From positions 14,381 to 78,380 of IMG/VR virus record IMGVR_UViG_3300031456_000002: a stretch of DNA of 64,000 nucleotides. One strand, 5' to 3'. This DNA comes from a virus. Every line of letters starts with the position of its first letter. Within the stretch, counting starts at the first letter, position 1. The notes beneath the pieces were generated by a model that worked only from the letters and a program-made list of their open reading frames with translations, searched no databases and was not told where the DNA came from. The position numbers and the translations under genes are program-made. Below, in pieces: positions 7,813 through 17,451 of this stretch.

Positions 7813-9926
7813 TGAATTGTCAAGATTTACATAGCATCGAAGGTTTGCAGTTTATGCCCGTAAAGGCTAATAAACAACCAATTATAAAGGGATGGCAGAC
7901 TTCTGCCGAAAAGCATGATTTAAGTAATTGCACGGCAGTTGGCTTAGTGTGCGGTAAGCTCTCTGGTAACCTAGAAGTTATCGATATCGATCTCAAGTAT
8001 GATTTAACCGGTAAGATTTATGATACATATAAAAGACTGATCAATGAGATAGATAACACTTTACTAAACAGACTGGTAGTTCAACAAACTAAGAGCGGAG
8101 GCTACCATTTTTTGTATCGCTGCCAGGTCATTGCTGGGAATCTTAAGTTAGCCAATCGGGTTACTACCGAACAGGAACGACAAGAAACATATCAAGACGC
8201 CTACAAAAATGAACTTTCAAAAAGCACGCCCGACGATAAAGCGAAGGCAATAGCCGCCAAGGCGTCTGAAAACGACAAGGTTCGCGTATTGTTTGAAACA
8301 AGGGGCGAAGGCGGCCAAATAGTTTGCCATCCTACAAGCGGCTATAAAATCGTTTACGGGGATTTTTATTCTATTTCTGAGATTACAACAGATCAGAGGG
8401 ATATACTTCATGGAATTGCGCGGCAGTTTAACGAAGTCATCGAGGAAGAGGCTATTCCGCTAAAGAAAATGGTTTTTGACCGCAAGACGGGGGGGCTTTC
8501 GGTTTTTGATGATTATAACTTGCGTGGGGATGTTTGTGTATTGCTGCAAGAGCATGGCTGGAAGTTCGTTTCTCAGAAGGGTCAAAAGTCAGTATTCTTG
8601 CGACCTGGTCAAGCCACATCTCAAACCAGCGGCAATTTCGATCATGCTAAAAATTGGTTTAGCGTATTTACTACCAGCACTGAATTTGAGCCACAAAAAG
8701 CCTATTTGCCCTATGCAGTATTCGCTGTGCTTGAATGCAATAAAGACTATTCAGCAGCCCACAAAAGGTTGTTAGAATTGGGATATGGCGACAAGCCAGA
8801 AGAAAAAAAGAAGGAGACGGAAAGCACCAGGGCCATAAAATCGCGCATTAATCCAGAAGATGGGGATTTATCTTTTTTGGCAAAATCGGTAGACTATGAT
8901 GAATACCTGCAACAAGTTCGTGACGGGACTTTAAAACAAGGATTAACTACCGGCAGCCCATATTTAGATGAATTTTTTCTATTCAAAGAAGGCAATTTGG
9001 TAATGACCAATGGGCACGATAACACAGGAAAGTCTGTTTTTACTTGGTGGTTGCTTTTACTGGCTGCAATGTATCATGGATGGAGAGGGATAATATTTTC
9101 TAGTGAAAATACATTGGGAGCTTTCATGCGAAAAATGATTCAGTTTTATTGGGGAAAATCATTATATGGTAAGTTCGCCATGAATGATACCGAATATCAG
9201 ATAGCAAAAACATTCATAGAAAAACATTTTTCGTTAATAAAAGCGCAAGAGGATTTATACAACTACAAGGATATTATCAACATGGTTAAGAAGGCAAGGA
9301 AATCATCTAAGTATGATTACGGAATGATTGATCCTTACAACTCTCTAAAGATAGATTTAAGCGGCTTTAGTAAACTATCAACGCATGAATATCACTACGA
9401 AGCATTGAGCGAAATAAAATCATATGGTCAACAAAATAATTTTGGATGGTTCGTAAATCACCACGCAGTTACAGCAGCATTAAGGGCTAAGGATGGCGAA
9501 AAGAAATATCCGGTAGCGCCTCAAAAGGCAGATACGGAGGGCGGCGGGAAGGTGAGTAATAAAGCCGACGATTTTATAACCATACATCGCATAACACAAC
9601 ACCCTACCGATTGGATGGTAACGGAATTACACGTAAGAAAAATAAAAGATACCGAAACTGGTGGTAGAATAACATCAATTGATAACCCGGTAAAGTTTGA
9701 GATGTATAAAGGTGGGTGTGCTTTTATTGAACGTCGGGAAGATGGGCTAAGAAATATTGATCCTATATATCAGTGGCATTTGAATAACGGGTCAGTGCAG
9801 CAAGAGTTATATGAATCGACAAAGGAATTGACAAGACCATCTAATGGTCATTCTAAAGTTGTTGATATAAATGGATGGATGCCTTTTAAAGACAAAGATT
9901 TAGAAACAGACGAAGATCCTTTTTAA
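7812..9926 (+). CDS. Prim-Pol (AEP) primase fused to DnaB/SF4-like helicase
   Basis: KQP..KGWQ, GLVCG, LEVIDID, TKSGGYH, ETRGEGGQIV; Walker A GHDNTGKS; IDPYN; KIK. Confidence 0.9.
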   Translation: MNCQDLHSIEGLQFMPVKANKQPIIKGWQTSAEKHDLSNCTAVGLVCGKLSGNLEVIDIDLKYDLTGKIYDTYKRLINEIDNTLLNRLVVQQTKSGGYHFLYRCQVIAGNLKLANRVTTEQERQETYQDAYKNELSKSTPDDKAKAIAAKASENDKVRVLFETRGEGGQIVCHPTSGYKIVYGDFYSISEITTDQRDILHGIARQFNEVIEEEAIPLKKMVFDRKTGGLSVFDDYNLRGDVCVLLQEHGWKFVSQKGQKSVFLRPGQATSQTSGNFDHAKNWFSVFTTSTEFEPQKAYLPYAVFAVLECNKDYSAAHKRLLELGYGDKPEEKKKETESTRAIKSRINPEDGDLSFLAKSVDYDEYLQQVRDGTLKQGLTTGSPYLDEFFLFKEGNLVMTNGHDNTGKSVFTWWLLLLAAMYHGWRGIIFSSENTLGAFMRKMIQFYWGKSLYGKFAMNDTEYQIAKTFIEKHFSLIKAQEDLYNYKDIINMVKKARKSSKYDYGMIDPYNSLKIDLSGFSKLSTHEYHYEALSEIKSYGQQNNFGWFVNHHAVTAALRAKDGEKKYPVAPQKADTEGGGKVSNKADDFITIHRITQHPTDWMVTELHVRKIKDTETGGRITSIDNPVKFEMYKGGCAFIERREDGLRNIDPIYQWHLNNGSVQQELYESTKELTRPSNGHSKVVDINGWMPFKDKDLETDEDPF

Positions 9927-9928
9927 TT

Positions 9929-10594
9929 ATGGCAAAAGCTAAAAAAGAGAAGAAAGAACCAAGACTTAGAAAAGGGGCTACGGATTTTGTCGGCAGGCGA
10001 TTCGGTAGATTAGTGGTATTATCAGAAGCCCCACGGCGAATAACTCCAAGCGGCTATAAAGTTAGAATAATGAATGTTTTGTGTGATTGTGGAACTCATA
10101 AGGAGATTCATTTGCAAAGCCTGAAAAATGGCCAGACGGTTAGTTGTGGTTGTCGAATGCGCGAGGTAGGATATGAAATTAAAAAACATGGATTATCAAA
10201 TCATCCATTATATACAGTTTGGAATGGAATGAATAGGCGTTGTTCAGAGCCATCATTTAAAGATTATAATTTATATGGTGGTCGTGGAATAGATGTTTGT
10301 GAAAAATGGAAGACAGATTTTAAATCGTTTTATGATTGGGCGATAAAGAATGGGTGGCAAAAAGGACTTCATGTGGATAGGAGAAAAGCTGATGGCAATT
10401 ATTGTCCTTCTAATTGTCGAATAGTCACTCCAAAGCAAAACGCTAATAATAAACGCAATACTAGATTTTTTGAAATAAATGGGGTGCGCAGGTCACTTTC
10501 TGAATGGTGTGAAAAATATGGAGTTTCTATTAAAAATACGGGGAAACGCCTGAGAAATGGCCATAATATTAAATCAGCCTTGAAGATTAAATAA
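9929..10594 (+). CDS. HNH homing endonuclease
   Basis: G.RFGRLVV, CDCG, SCGC, HGLS.HPLY..W..M..RC, YGGRGI.VC..W, DR...GNY.PSNCR. Confidence 0.9.
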   Translation: MAKAKKEKKEPRLRKGATDFVGRRFGRLVVLSEAPRRITPSGYKVRIMNVLCDCGTHKEIHLQSLKNGQTVSCGCRMREVGYEIKKHGLSNHPLYTVWNGMNRRCSEPSFKDYNLYGGRGIDVCEKWKTDFKSFYDWAIKNGWQKGLHVDRRKADGNYCPSNCRIVTPKQNANNKRNTRFFEINGVRRSLSEWCEKYGVSIKNTGKRLRNGHNIKSALKIK

Positions 10595-10921
10595 ATGAAA
10601 AAAAAGAAATCTATTCCCGAGCCATTTTGGAACGAACAGGTTGGAATTTTTTTTGAGTTTACAAAGTCAAAATTCCATGACGCGCCTTCTTTTGATAATT
10701 CCGCGCCACGTGATTTGAAAAGCATTTTGATTACGCTTCGTAAACGTGCAGAAGATAAGGCAGTTGAGTGGACTTATGAAGTAGCAACAAGTAGATTCCG
10801 GCACTTCTTAGAGTGCGCTTACATGGATAAATGGCTGGCCGAAAACTGGTTGCTTATGAATATAAACAGACAAAAGGATCGGATATTTTTTGCTATAACC
10901 AAACAATATTTAAGCAGATGA
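10595..10921 (+). CDS. hypothetical protein
   Basis: Operon packing. Confidence 0.7.
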   Translation: MKKKKSIPEPFWNEQVGIFFEFTKSKFHDAPSFDNSAPRDLKSILITLRKRAEDKAVEWTYEVATSRFRHFLECAYMDKWLAENWLLMNINRQKDRIFFAITKQYLSR

Positions 10922-11235
10922 TGTGTTCTAATTGCATGGAAGAAAACGAATCAGTGGTTATGGTTTGCGAGGCTAGGGATTACAAAGTTTGTGATAAATG
11001 TGTTGTGACATATGGCAAGAATCGGGATGGAGTTACATTCTTTCCAGATGAAGAGGTCATATTGAAGGATGGCGGTAATTTCAAGATATTAAAAGACAGA
11101 CTGCTAATCATAAAAGGAATTTATATTTTTGAAGAATGCGAAAGCGGTAGAATGGTATGGTTAAAGGATAAAGAAACAGATAAGCCATTAAAAAACATTT
11201 TTGATATAAACTGGTTAATTAAAATTAAAAACTAA
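10918..11235 (+). CDS. hypothetical Cys-rich (Zn-finger) protein
   Basis: ATGA overlap; CSNC...C...CDKC. Confidence 0.6.
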   Translation: MMCSNCMEENESVVMVCEARDYKVCDKCVVTYGKNRDGVTFFPDEEVILKDGGNFKILKDRLLIIKGIYIFEECESGRMVWLKDKETDKPLKNIFDINWLIKIKN

Positions 11236-11239
11236 AATT

Positions 11240-11596
11240 ATGAACCAATCTTTTTATGGCAGCATTGATGTTACTAGATTTCTGGAAGAACTAAAAGCGA
11301 AGCATTCCGGCTTTTACAAAGGCAATAACGGAAAAGTTTACGCTAATTGCCAAGTATGGCTGAACGACCAACCCGATAAGTTCGGGAACGTGGTATCGAT
11401 TAAAATAAATCCATCAAAAGATAAAAAGGATATTGAGAAAGCCTTTTACTTGGGCAACCTTAAGAAGTCAGACGGCCCCAAACCAATCGGAGATAACGAC
11501 ATAGTGGATATTAATTTAGACGAAGTTGATCCACTGCCACATCAACAAAATCTAAACCCGCCATCGTCAGCAGAAGTAGACGATTTGCCATTTTAA
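11240..11596 (+). CDS. single-stranded DNA-binding protein-like
   Basis: NGKVYAN..VW.N..PDKFGN core; acidic C-terminus DDLPF. Confidence 0.7.
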   Translation: MNQSFYGSIDVTRFLEELKAKHSGFYKGNNGKVYANCQVWLNDQPDKFGNVVSIKINPSKDKKDIEKAFYLGNLKKSDGPKPIGDNDIVDINLDEVDPLPHQQNLNPPSSAEVDDLPF

Positions 11597-11635
11597 ACAT
11601 TCCATGTAATAGAATACTTTTTAAATAACAAACAA

Positions 11636-11881
11636 ATGAAATCCATAAAACTAACACCAAAAGAAAAAGAGATATTCGAGGCGCTTGCTGGCAGCCCCGG
11701 TGGGCATCTTTACAAACATGTAAAGCCAACCGGCCTCGTTTGTTACCGACTCTTGGACAAGGATCGGAATCCGCTGCACAATTTCCGGGAGAACGCAGTG
11801 TAGCGATTGATTGAGAAGGGCGTTTTAGATATAGACGGAACGGGCATAGTTACAAAAGCATCTATTGATATTAAAAACTAA
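11636..11881 (+). pseudogene. putative wHTH-like gene with one in-frame TAG (11801-11803)
   Basis: MKSIKLTPKEKEIFEAL...ENAV*RLIEKGVL...KN; frame runs to TAA 11879-11881, 7 nt before the next ATG. Confidence 0.65.
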
Positions 11882-11888
11882 CAACAAC

Positions 11889-12125
11889 ATGAACAATCGG
11901 TTATTCGCATTATTCGTTATTGGATTTATGGGGTTAATGGCTTTCCAGGAACACCAGCAAGTTAAGTCCGTGAAAATAACACTAACAGTTCCGGAGGCTG
12001 AGACAGTGGTAACGGCCCTCTCTAAACTACCCTACGATCAAAGCGCCGGGATCATTCAAAAAATAATCTCACAAGCTAACACGCAATTAGCAGATACTAC
12101 TATCTCTAAACCCAAAAAGAATTAG
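11889..12125 (+). CDS. small exported protein
   Basis: Signal-peptide-like MNNRLFALFVIGFMGLMAF-Q; ITLTV.E..V..LSKLPY...I.KI..QA..Q domain; DTT sequon. Confidence 0.7.
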   Translation: MNNRLFALFVIGFMGLMAFQEHQQVKSVKITLTVPEAETVVTALSKLPYDQSAGIIQKIISQANTQLADTTISKPKKN

Positions 12126-12127
12126 CA

Positions 12128-12361
12128 ATGACTCATACAATAGATGTAGTAGAAGGACTATTGGAATTATTGAAAAGCGGTCGTAAATCATTCTTAGTAT
12201 TGAAAGATGATAGGAACTACATAGTTAATGATACCATAGTATTCCAGGTACTAGCCGATCGAAAAGAATTGAAAATGTCCATTGATTACTTGGAAGTAGA
12301 AGTCCCTGGATTAAAAAATGGATTCATTATCTTGGGCCTGAAAGAAATTGTAAACGATTAA
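12128..12361 (+). CDS. DUF3850/ASCH (PUA-like) protein
   Basis: SGRKSF...DDRNY.V.DTIVF...GFIILGL. Confidence 0.6.
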   Translation: MTHTIDVVEGLLELLKSGRKSFLVLKDDRNYIVNDTIVFQVLADRKELKMSIDYLEVEVPGLKNGFIILGLKEIVND

Positions 12362-12372
12362 AATGGTCAATA

Positions 12373-12651
12373 ATGAATTTCGATAAACCAAAAGTGACTA
12401 TTGATCTGGAAGAATACAATTATCTGAAACAATTAGAGCAAGAAAAGCAGATTGATCCAGGGAAATGGGCAATAGCCGCAAAGAAAATTTTATGGTATTC
12501 TATGATTGCGGCACATAGTCGTCATTTGACCCCTGATGATTTAAAGAAAACGCTTCATAAAGAAGGTATAATGTATTACACAAATCCAAGTAGCTCCGCA
12601 TTCAACACATGGGAAAGTTTAGGCATAAAATTGGAAGACCCAAAGCCATAA
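12373..12651 (+). CDS. hypothetical protein
   Basis: Operon packing. Confidence 0.7.
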   Translation: MNFDKPKVTIDLEEYNYLKQLEQEKQIDPGKWAIAAKKILWYSMIAAHSRHLTPDDLKKTLHKEGIMYYTNPSSSAFNTWESLGIKLEDPKP

Positions 12652-12659
12652 AATAATTA

Positions 12660-12851
12660 ATGATGAAAACACAATTAAAACTATTCAAGTTGTTTTTAAA
12701 ATGCATTTGCTGTGAACTAAAGAACGGACATTCTATAAAAAATGGAGTTTCCCTTTATAAAAAAATTACATACTTAATGACTAGGAGTGCGCCAACTGGA
12801 ATATGTCTTGATATAGATACATTAGAAAACCTCAACTTAAACAATCAATAA
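12660..12851 (+). CDS. hypothetical protein
   Basis: Operon packing. Confidence 0.5.
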   Translation: MMKTQLKLFKLFLKCICCELKNGHSIKNGVSLYKKITYLMTRSAPTGICLDIDTLENLNLNNQ

Positions 12852-13039
12852 TGGAAGACATACAACCCAAGTCAACCCGTACCTACGAAGAATGGAAAGA
12901 AGCATTAATCCAGACTATACATAATGGAACCGGAACGCCAGTCGAAGAAATCGAAATCAACGACGAACTCATTCGGCCAAAATACGAAGATGCGCTCTCC
13001 CCTTTCGCTGTCTATCTGGAAAATTATAGAAATAAATAA
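12851..13039 (+). CDS. hypothetical protein
   Basis: TAATG overlap. Confidence 0.65.
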   Translation: MEDIQPKSTRTYEEWKEALIQTIHNGTGTPVEEIEINDELIRPKYEDALSPFAVYLENYRNK

Positions 13040-13050
13040 AGAAACAATCG

Positions 13051-13695
13051 ATGGAAATAAGACCCAGAACCTGCGTCATTTGCTCAAACGAGGCTCCGCA
13101 TAGGCTCACGAAGGGCCATACGCTGTATTATCAGTGCGAGAGTTGCCGTACACTATTCAGTGATCCTCTTTCGCAAGATGGGCTTTGTGGGGGCCAGCAT
13201 GAGGCTGGTAGGGCACTTCAAAATGATATTCGCTTGGATCGAATCAAAACCATGACCCGGGGAATGAAGAAAGAGGATATACGGATATTGGATTTTGGCT
13301 GTGGAAATTTTATGCTAGGTAAATACCTGCAAGATAAAGGCTATGACGTAATGGGATATGACGCATACAATGAGGAATATAGTCGATTGCCGGAGAAAAA
13401 TAAGTATCACATTTGCCTTTGTATCGAATGCGTGGAACACCTATCATCACCCTTCATTGAATTGGATGTAATGCACCGATCCTTAGTAGAAGGAGGGCTA
13501 TGTTATTTTGAAAGTGGATTTATTAATATAGCAATAAGAGATAATATACAACTCGAAGATTATCTATATGTTAATCCAGATGCCGGCCACGCTACTGTGT
13601 TTTCTCACCACGGGCTTGATTTGTTACTCCAAATAAAAGGCTTTCTTCCTAAACGGCATTTTGATGACAATACGCGGTTGTATCGTAAAATATAA
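13051..13695 (+). CDS. class I SAM-dependent methyltransferase with N-terminal Zn ribbon
   Basis: CVIC...CESC; ILDFGCG motif I; ECVEHL; the type found in glycan loci. Confidence 0.9.
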   Translation: MEIRPRTCVICSNEAPHRLTKGHTLYYQCESCRTLFSDPLSQDGLCGGQHEAGRALQNDIRLDRIKTMTRGMKKEDIRILDFGCGNFMLGKYLQDKGYDVMGYDAYNEEYSRLPEKNKYHICLCIECVEHLSSPFIELDVMHRSLVEGGLCYFESGFINIAIRDNIQLEDYLYVNPDAGHATVFSHHGLDLLLQIKGFLPKRHFDDNTRLYRKI

Positions 13696-13700
13696 TTTCA

Positions 13701-13820
13701 TACCTTAGTGCTACTTATCACTTCCATCATGCAAAAATCATTTTTACATATAATTCCCGGCATAGTCGCATCCTACCTTCATGGTGGCGGTGATAAGTCT
13801 TCTATGTCCGGGATTTATGT
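13701..13820 (+). ncRNA. putative structured 5' leader (pseudoknot) of an HNH gene
   Basis: TACCTTAG -7-like box; ACTTATCAC (13713-13721) complementary to GTGATAAGT (13790-13798) inside stem 13755-13765/13802-13813. Confidence 0.5.
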
Positions 13821-13823
13821 TTT

Positions 13824-14456
13824 ATGGCAAAAATAACGCATGGATTATCTAAACATCCTTTGATGGGGATATGGCACGGCATTAAGTGCAGATGTTATAC
13901 TAAATCAGCAAATGGATATCCGAGATACGGGGGCACCGGAGTTAAAATGTGCGCAGAATGGAAGGATGATTTTAAGGCATTTTACGATTGGGCTATTGCG
14001 AATGGATGGCGAAAGGGACTACAAGTGGATAAAGATATTAAGGCAGCTTTGCTAAAAGTAGAGCCTAATTTATATTCTCCCGAAAGATGCAGTATAGTTA
14101 CCGCTAAATTAAATGGGAATTCTAAAAAAAGCAATAGAATATTAGAATTTAACGGTGAAAAATTAACCATTTCGCAATGGGCTGATAAGACGGGAATTCC
14201 TAGAAATGCTATACGAATGAGAATAGAGTCACATGGGTTTACTATATCAGAAGCGCTTACTTTGCCATTAGGGAAGGTGAGGGACATGAAATCAAGAAGT
14301 AAGCAAATAGAATTCAACGGAATTACAAAAAGCTTAATTGAATGGAGTTTAATTACGGGAGTACAAAGAAAAACGTTGGGGCATAGATTAACAAAAGGGT
14401 GGTCAATAGAAAAAGCATTAACTACAATAACAGGGAAAACAGGCAAGAAGAAATGA
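13824..14456 (+). CDS. HNH homing endonuclease with duplicated C-terminal HTH-like modules
   Basis: HGLSKHPL..W..IK.RC, YGG.GV..C.EW, DKDI...YSPERC; two EFNG...W....G repeats. Confidence 0.85.
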   Translation: MAKITHGLSKHPLMGIWHGIKCRCYTKSANGYPRYGGTGVKMCAEWKDDFKAFYDWAIANGWRKGLQVDKDIKAALLKVEPNLYSPERCSIVTAKLNGNSKKSNRILEFNGEKLTISQWADKTGIPRNAIRMRIESHGFTISEALTLPLGKVRDMKSRSKQIEFNGITKSLIEWSLITGVQRKTLGHRLTKGWSIEKALTTITGKTGKKK

Positions 14457-15256
14457 ATAAATTATCATTAGTGTTTCCAACACAAGGGAATCCAATCGCA
14501 TTAAAGCGGACATTAGATAGCACAAAGAGAGTAGTAGATGAAATTGTAATTGGTTCTGTTTGTGTTTTTCAAGAGGACATTGATTTAATAAATTCATATA
14601 AAAATGAGTACAATATAAAACTTATTGAACTTCCATTTAATCATGTGTTCCGGGTCGGTTTTTCGGAAACATTAAATCTATTAGCATCTCATGTAACTAA
14701 TCCTATTGCCATGTATTTGAATGTAGGGGAGATTATAGAAAAAGGAGAAGATGGTCTTTTAGAAAAGATGTCGCCCGAATATAATTGTTACTATATAGAT
14801 CATTCTGTAGAACGGCACAGATGGTGGCGCGTATTTTCGCCAACAGAAATGAAATGGTCTGGTGTATTGCATGAAGAAATAGTAGGTAATAATAGGCCGT
14901 TCCATAAGCCACTTTTTACTTTTGGGGACACTAATAAAGACATGGATGATACTTTTAAAGCCCGTGTGTACGATGATATCAAAGAGATACTTTATTTTTC
15001 ATTGTATAATAAAATAGTGGATGAACCTGATAGCCTGGGTGCCACGAATGAAGGATGGGTCAAGTTTGCTACTGAAAACTACGATAGTATGAAGGAGAGA
15101 TTGTTGAAAAAGGGTAAACGATATGAAGCATTTCAAGAAGGTGATTTGCAAAAATATTTGCATGATGTAATGACAAACCCGGAATTTGAAAAGGAAAGGT
15201 TTGAAAGTTCTATAAAAATCGAGTTCCAACAAAACCCCATGTTTTTAAATAAATAA
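14453..15256 (+). CDS. glycosyltransferase family 2-like
   Basis: KLSLVFPT..., VDEIVI, W.G.LHEEI; ATGA overlap with the HNH gene. Confidence 0.75.
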   Translation: MNKLSLVFPTQGNPIALKRTLDSTKRVVDEIVIGSVCVFQEDIDLINSYKNEYNIKLIELPFNHVFRVGFSETLNLLASHVTNPIAMYLNVGEIIEKGEDGLLEKMSPEYNCYYIDHSVERHRWWRVFSPTEMKWSGVLHEEIVGNNRPFHKPLFTFGDTNKDMDDTFKARVYDDIKEILYFSLYNKIVDEPDSLGATNEGWVKFATENYDSMKERLLKKGKRYEAFQEGDLQKYLHDVMTNPEFEKERFESSIKIEFQQNPMFLNK

Positions 15257-15259
15257 CAA

Positions 15260-16276
15260 ATGCGATTCAGTATAATTTTCTGCCACTGGAAAACGGGCCC
15301 AATGTCAGCTTACACGGTTGCTCAAATATTAAAGTATAAAGGCAATCATGAAATCGAAATTTTAATCTGCGACAATAATGCAGGAGATGGAAGTATAAAA
15401 TATCTTGAACCATTTAAAGATGCAGTAAAGATATTCGACTACCCAAAAGATAAGCTGCAATCCCACGGTATCGGGTACGATGTTCTCTTTGAATTAGCAC
15501 AGAATGAGTGGGTGATATGTTTGGAGAGCGACAGTTATCCCGTTAGGGATGGATTCTTAGACTACTATGTACGATTGATTAATCAAGGATACGATGGAGC
15601 TGTTTCCGTTCTTTCATTGAGTGGCGGCATTTACGGTCATCCAGCAGGAGGATTGTATAAGCGCAGCATTTGGGTAGAAGCATGGAAATATAGTAAAGAA
15701 ATTGAGTATTATTATTTCCCGAACATGGGGATGAAAGATACGTTCGCTTGTCACATCATGGTGCATAAAAGTATAGTAAATGATTTCTTAGCCGAACCAG
15801 AAAACTATATTGAATTAGCCGATAATTATAAACCATACTATCCACAAAAGGCAGAACAAAAGGCTGCACATTATATGCCTACAGTCGGGCCAATGCATAA
15901 TGGGATGGGGCGTTTGCAGGAATCATTAAAGACGTATGGTACCCGTAATCCAGAAAGTGAAATCCCTAATATCATATTAGATAATAGAGCAAAAATAATA
16001 TACAGGATTGGCATGGAGCCGGGGCAACATCATTATTATTGGATGTTGGCGAAAGGGTATAAAATCTTTGGTATTCCCACCGAAGTTAAATGGCTGGAAG
16101 GGAAAGAAAATCAACAGCAAGAATATACGCTAAGTGCAGCTAGAATTAAGCACATTTGGGGAGTATCAGCCTATCATGGAACAGATTTAAACGATGGAGA
16201 TGTAGCTAAGATCAAACAAACTCTCCCTGAAACTTTGTACGAAACATTACCTGAACATCAAAAAATAAAAATTTAA
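15260..16276 (+). CDS. glycosyltransferase family 2
   Basis: FSIIF, EILICDN.AGDGS, SHGIG.D, ICLESD (DxD-equivalent). Confidence 0.85.
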   Translation: MRFSIIFCHWKTGPMSAYTVAQILKYKGNHEIEILICDNNAGDGSIKYLEPFKDAVKIFDYPKDKLQSHGIGYDVLFELAQNEWVICLESDSYPVRDGFLDYYVRLINQGYDGAVSVLSLSGGIYGHPAGGLYKRSIWVEAWKYSKEIEYYYFPNMGMKDTFACHIMVHKSIVNDFLAEPENYIELADNYKPYYPQKAEQKAAHYMPTVGPMHNGMGRLQESLKTYGTRNPESEIPNIILDNRAKIIYRIGMEPGQHHYYWMLAKGYKIFGIPTEVKWLEGKENQQQEYTLSAARIKHIWGVSAYHGTDLNDGDVAKIKQTLPETLYETLPEHQKIKI

Positions 16277-16572
16277 TGGAAGTAAAAAGTTATAGTGTTT
16301 ATGGTATTCCCCCTCCGTCGAGAGAAGAAATTATTATCATGCAGCATAGGCTGTTTATGTATCTGGAAGCATTAATCAGAGCAGAACGATTGAACCCAGA
16401 AAGAGATTATGAAGGAACGAGAGAAGTGGGATTATTGAAGCGTATCGCTACGTCTGATACTACGGTAGAGCAAAGAATGACTCTTACTCTTTTGCTTTTG
16501 GGAAATGAACCACAAGAAACAGAAGATGATGAAGATATAGAAGACTTCGAAGATGAAGCCGGGGAAGAATAA
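16276..16572 (+). CDS. hypothetical protein with acidic tail
   Basis: TAATG overlap. Confidence 0.7.
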   Translation: MEVKSYSVYGIPPPSREEIIIMQHRLFMYLEALIRAERLNPERDYEGTREVGLLKRIATSDTTVEQRMTLTLLLLGNEPQETEDDEDIEDFEDEAGEE

Positions 16573-16595
16573 TTAAAACAATAAAATAAAAATAG

Positions 16596-17411
16596 ATGGA
16601 AATAAAAAACAGCTTTCTGCATTCAGGAAATTCCGGAGATTGCGTTGGGGCAGTCCCAGCTATGAGAGAATTTTATCGTAAAACAGGAATTAAGCCAATT
16701 CTTTATCTTAGAAAAAACGTAGAAGCGTGGTATTATGATGGAGCCGTTCATCCCGTTAAAAACCCAGAAACCGGGAAAAATGTGATGCTAAATGATGCCA
16801 TGATTGCGATGCTTACTCCTTTATTAAAAGCGCAGCCGTTCTTTGAAGATGTAAAAACATGGGTAGATGAAGAGATAGGTTGCGATTTAGACCAAATCAG
16901 AGAAACATATGTGGGCCTTCCTGGATTGAGTTTGAATCGCTGGTATTTCTATGTATATCCAGACTTAGCCTGTGACCTTTCAAAGCCTTGGTTGGAAGTA
17001 CCGGATGCAGAGAAGGATTTCGCCAACGGTAAAGTTATCATTACCCGGACAGAGCGCTACACGAATCCGCATATTGATTACTCCTTTCTGAAGCCATTTG
17101 AGGATGAATTGGTATTTAGCGGAACAATGAGGGAGTACAATGTATTCTGCATGACCTACGACCTGAATATTAAAAAGCTAACCATAACCAACTTTTTGGA
17201 ATTAGCACAGGCCATAAAACAAAGTCGGTTTCATATTACGAACCAAACCATGGCCAACCAAATTTCACAAGGAATTTTTCATCCTTCTATATTGGAGGTG
17301 TGTGGCTTTGCTCCTAACTGCATTCAGATAGGGGAAGATCGTTATGACTTCATGGCGCAGGAAGGGTTAAAATACTATTTTGATTTATTGTACAAAAAAA
17401 CCGCTCAATAG
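16596..17411 (+). CDS. GT-B fold glycosyltransferase (GT9/heptosyltransferase-like)
   Basis: HSGNSGD N-terminal motif; FLELAQAI..SRFHITNQT...ILEV. Confidence 0.75.
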   Translation: MEIKNSFLHSGNSGDCVGAVPAMREFYRKTGIKPILYLRKNVEAWYYDGAVHPVKNPETGKNVMLNDAMIAMLTPLLKAQPFFEDVKTWVDEEIGCDLDQIRETYVGLPGLSLNRWYFYVYPDLACDLSKPWLEVPDAEKDFANGKVIITRTERYTNPHIDYSFLKPFEDELVFSGTMREYNVFCMTYDLNIKKLTITNFLELAQAIKQSRFHITNQTMANQISQGIFHPSILEVCGFAPNCIQIGEDRYDFMAQEGLKYYFDLLYKKTAQ

Positions 17412-17424
17412 TAGAGCGGTTTTT
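17396..17424. terminator. bidirectional intrinsic terminator
   Basis: AAAAACCGCTC-N7-GAGCGGTTTTT between convergent genes. Confidence 0.9.
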
Positions 17425-17451
17425 GTTATATCAAATACACATAATGAAATT

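Noticed and set aside
13713-13798. SAM-I riboswitch (CTTATC...GATAAG P1-like pairing next to a methyltransferase)
   Set aside because: The SAM-I core (AGA/GGAGGGA/GCAAC segments) is absent and the element is downstream of the methyltransferase
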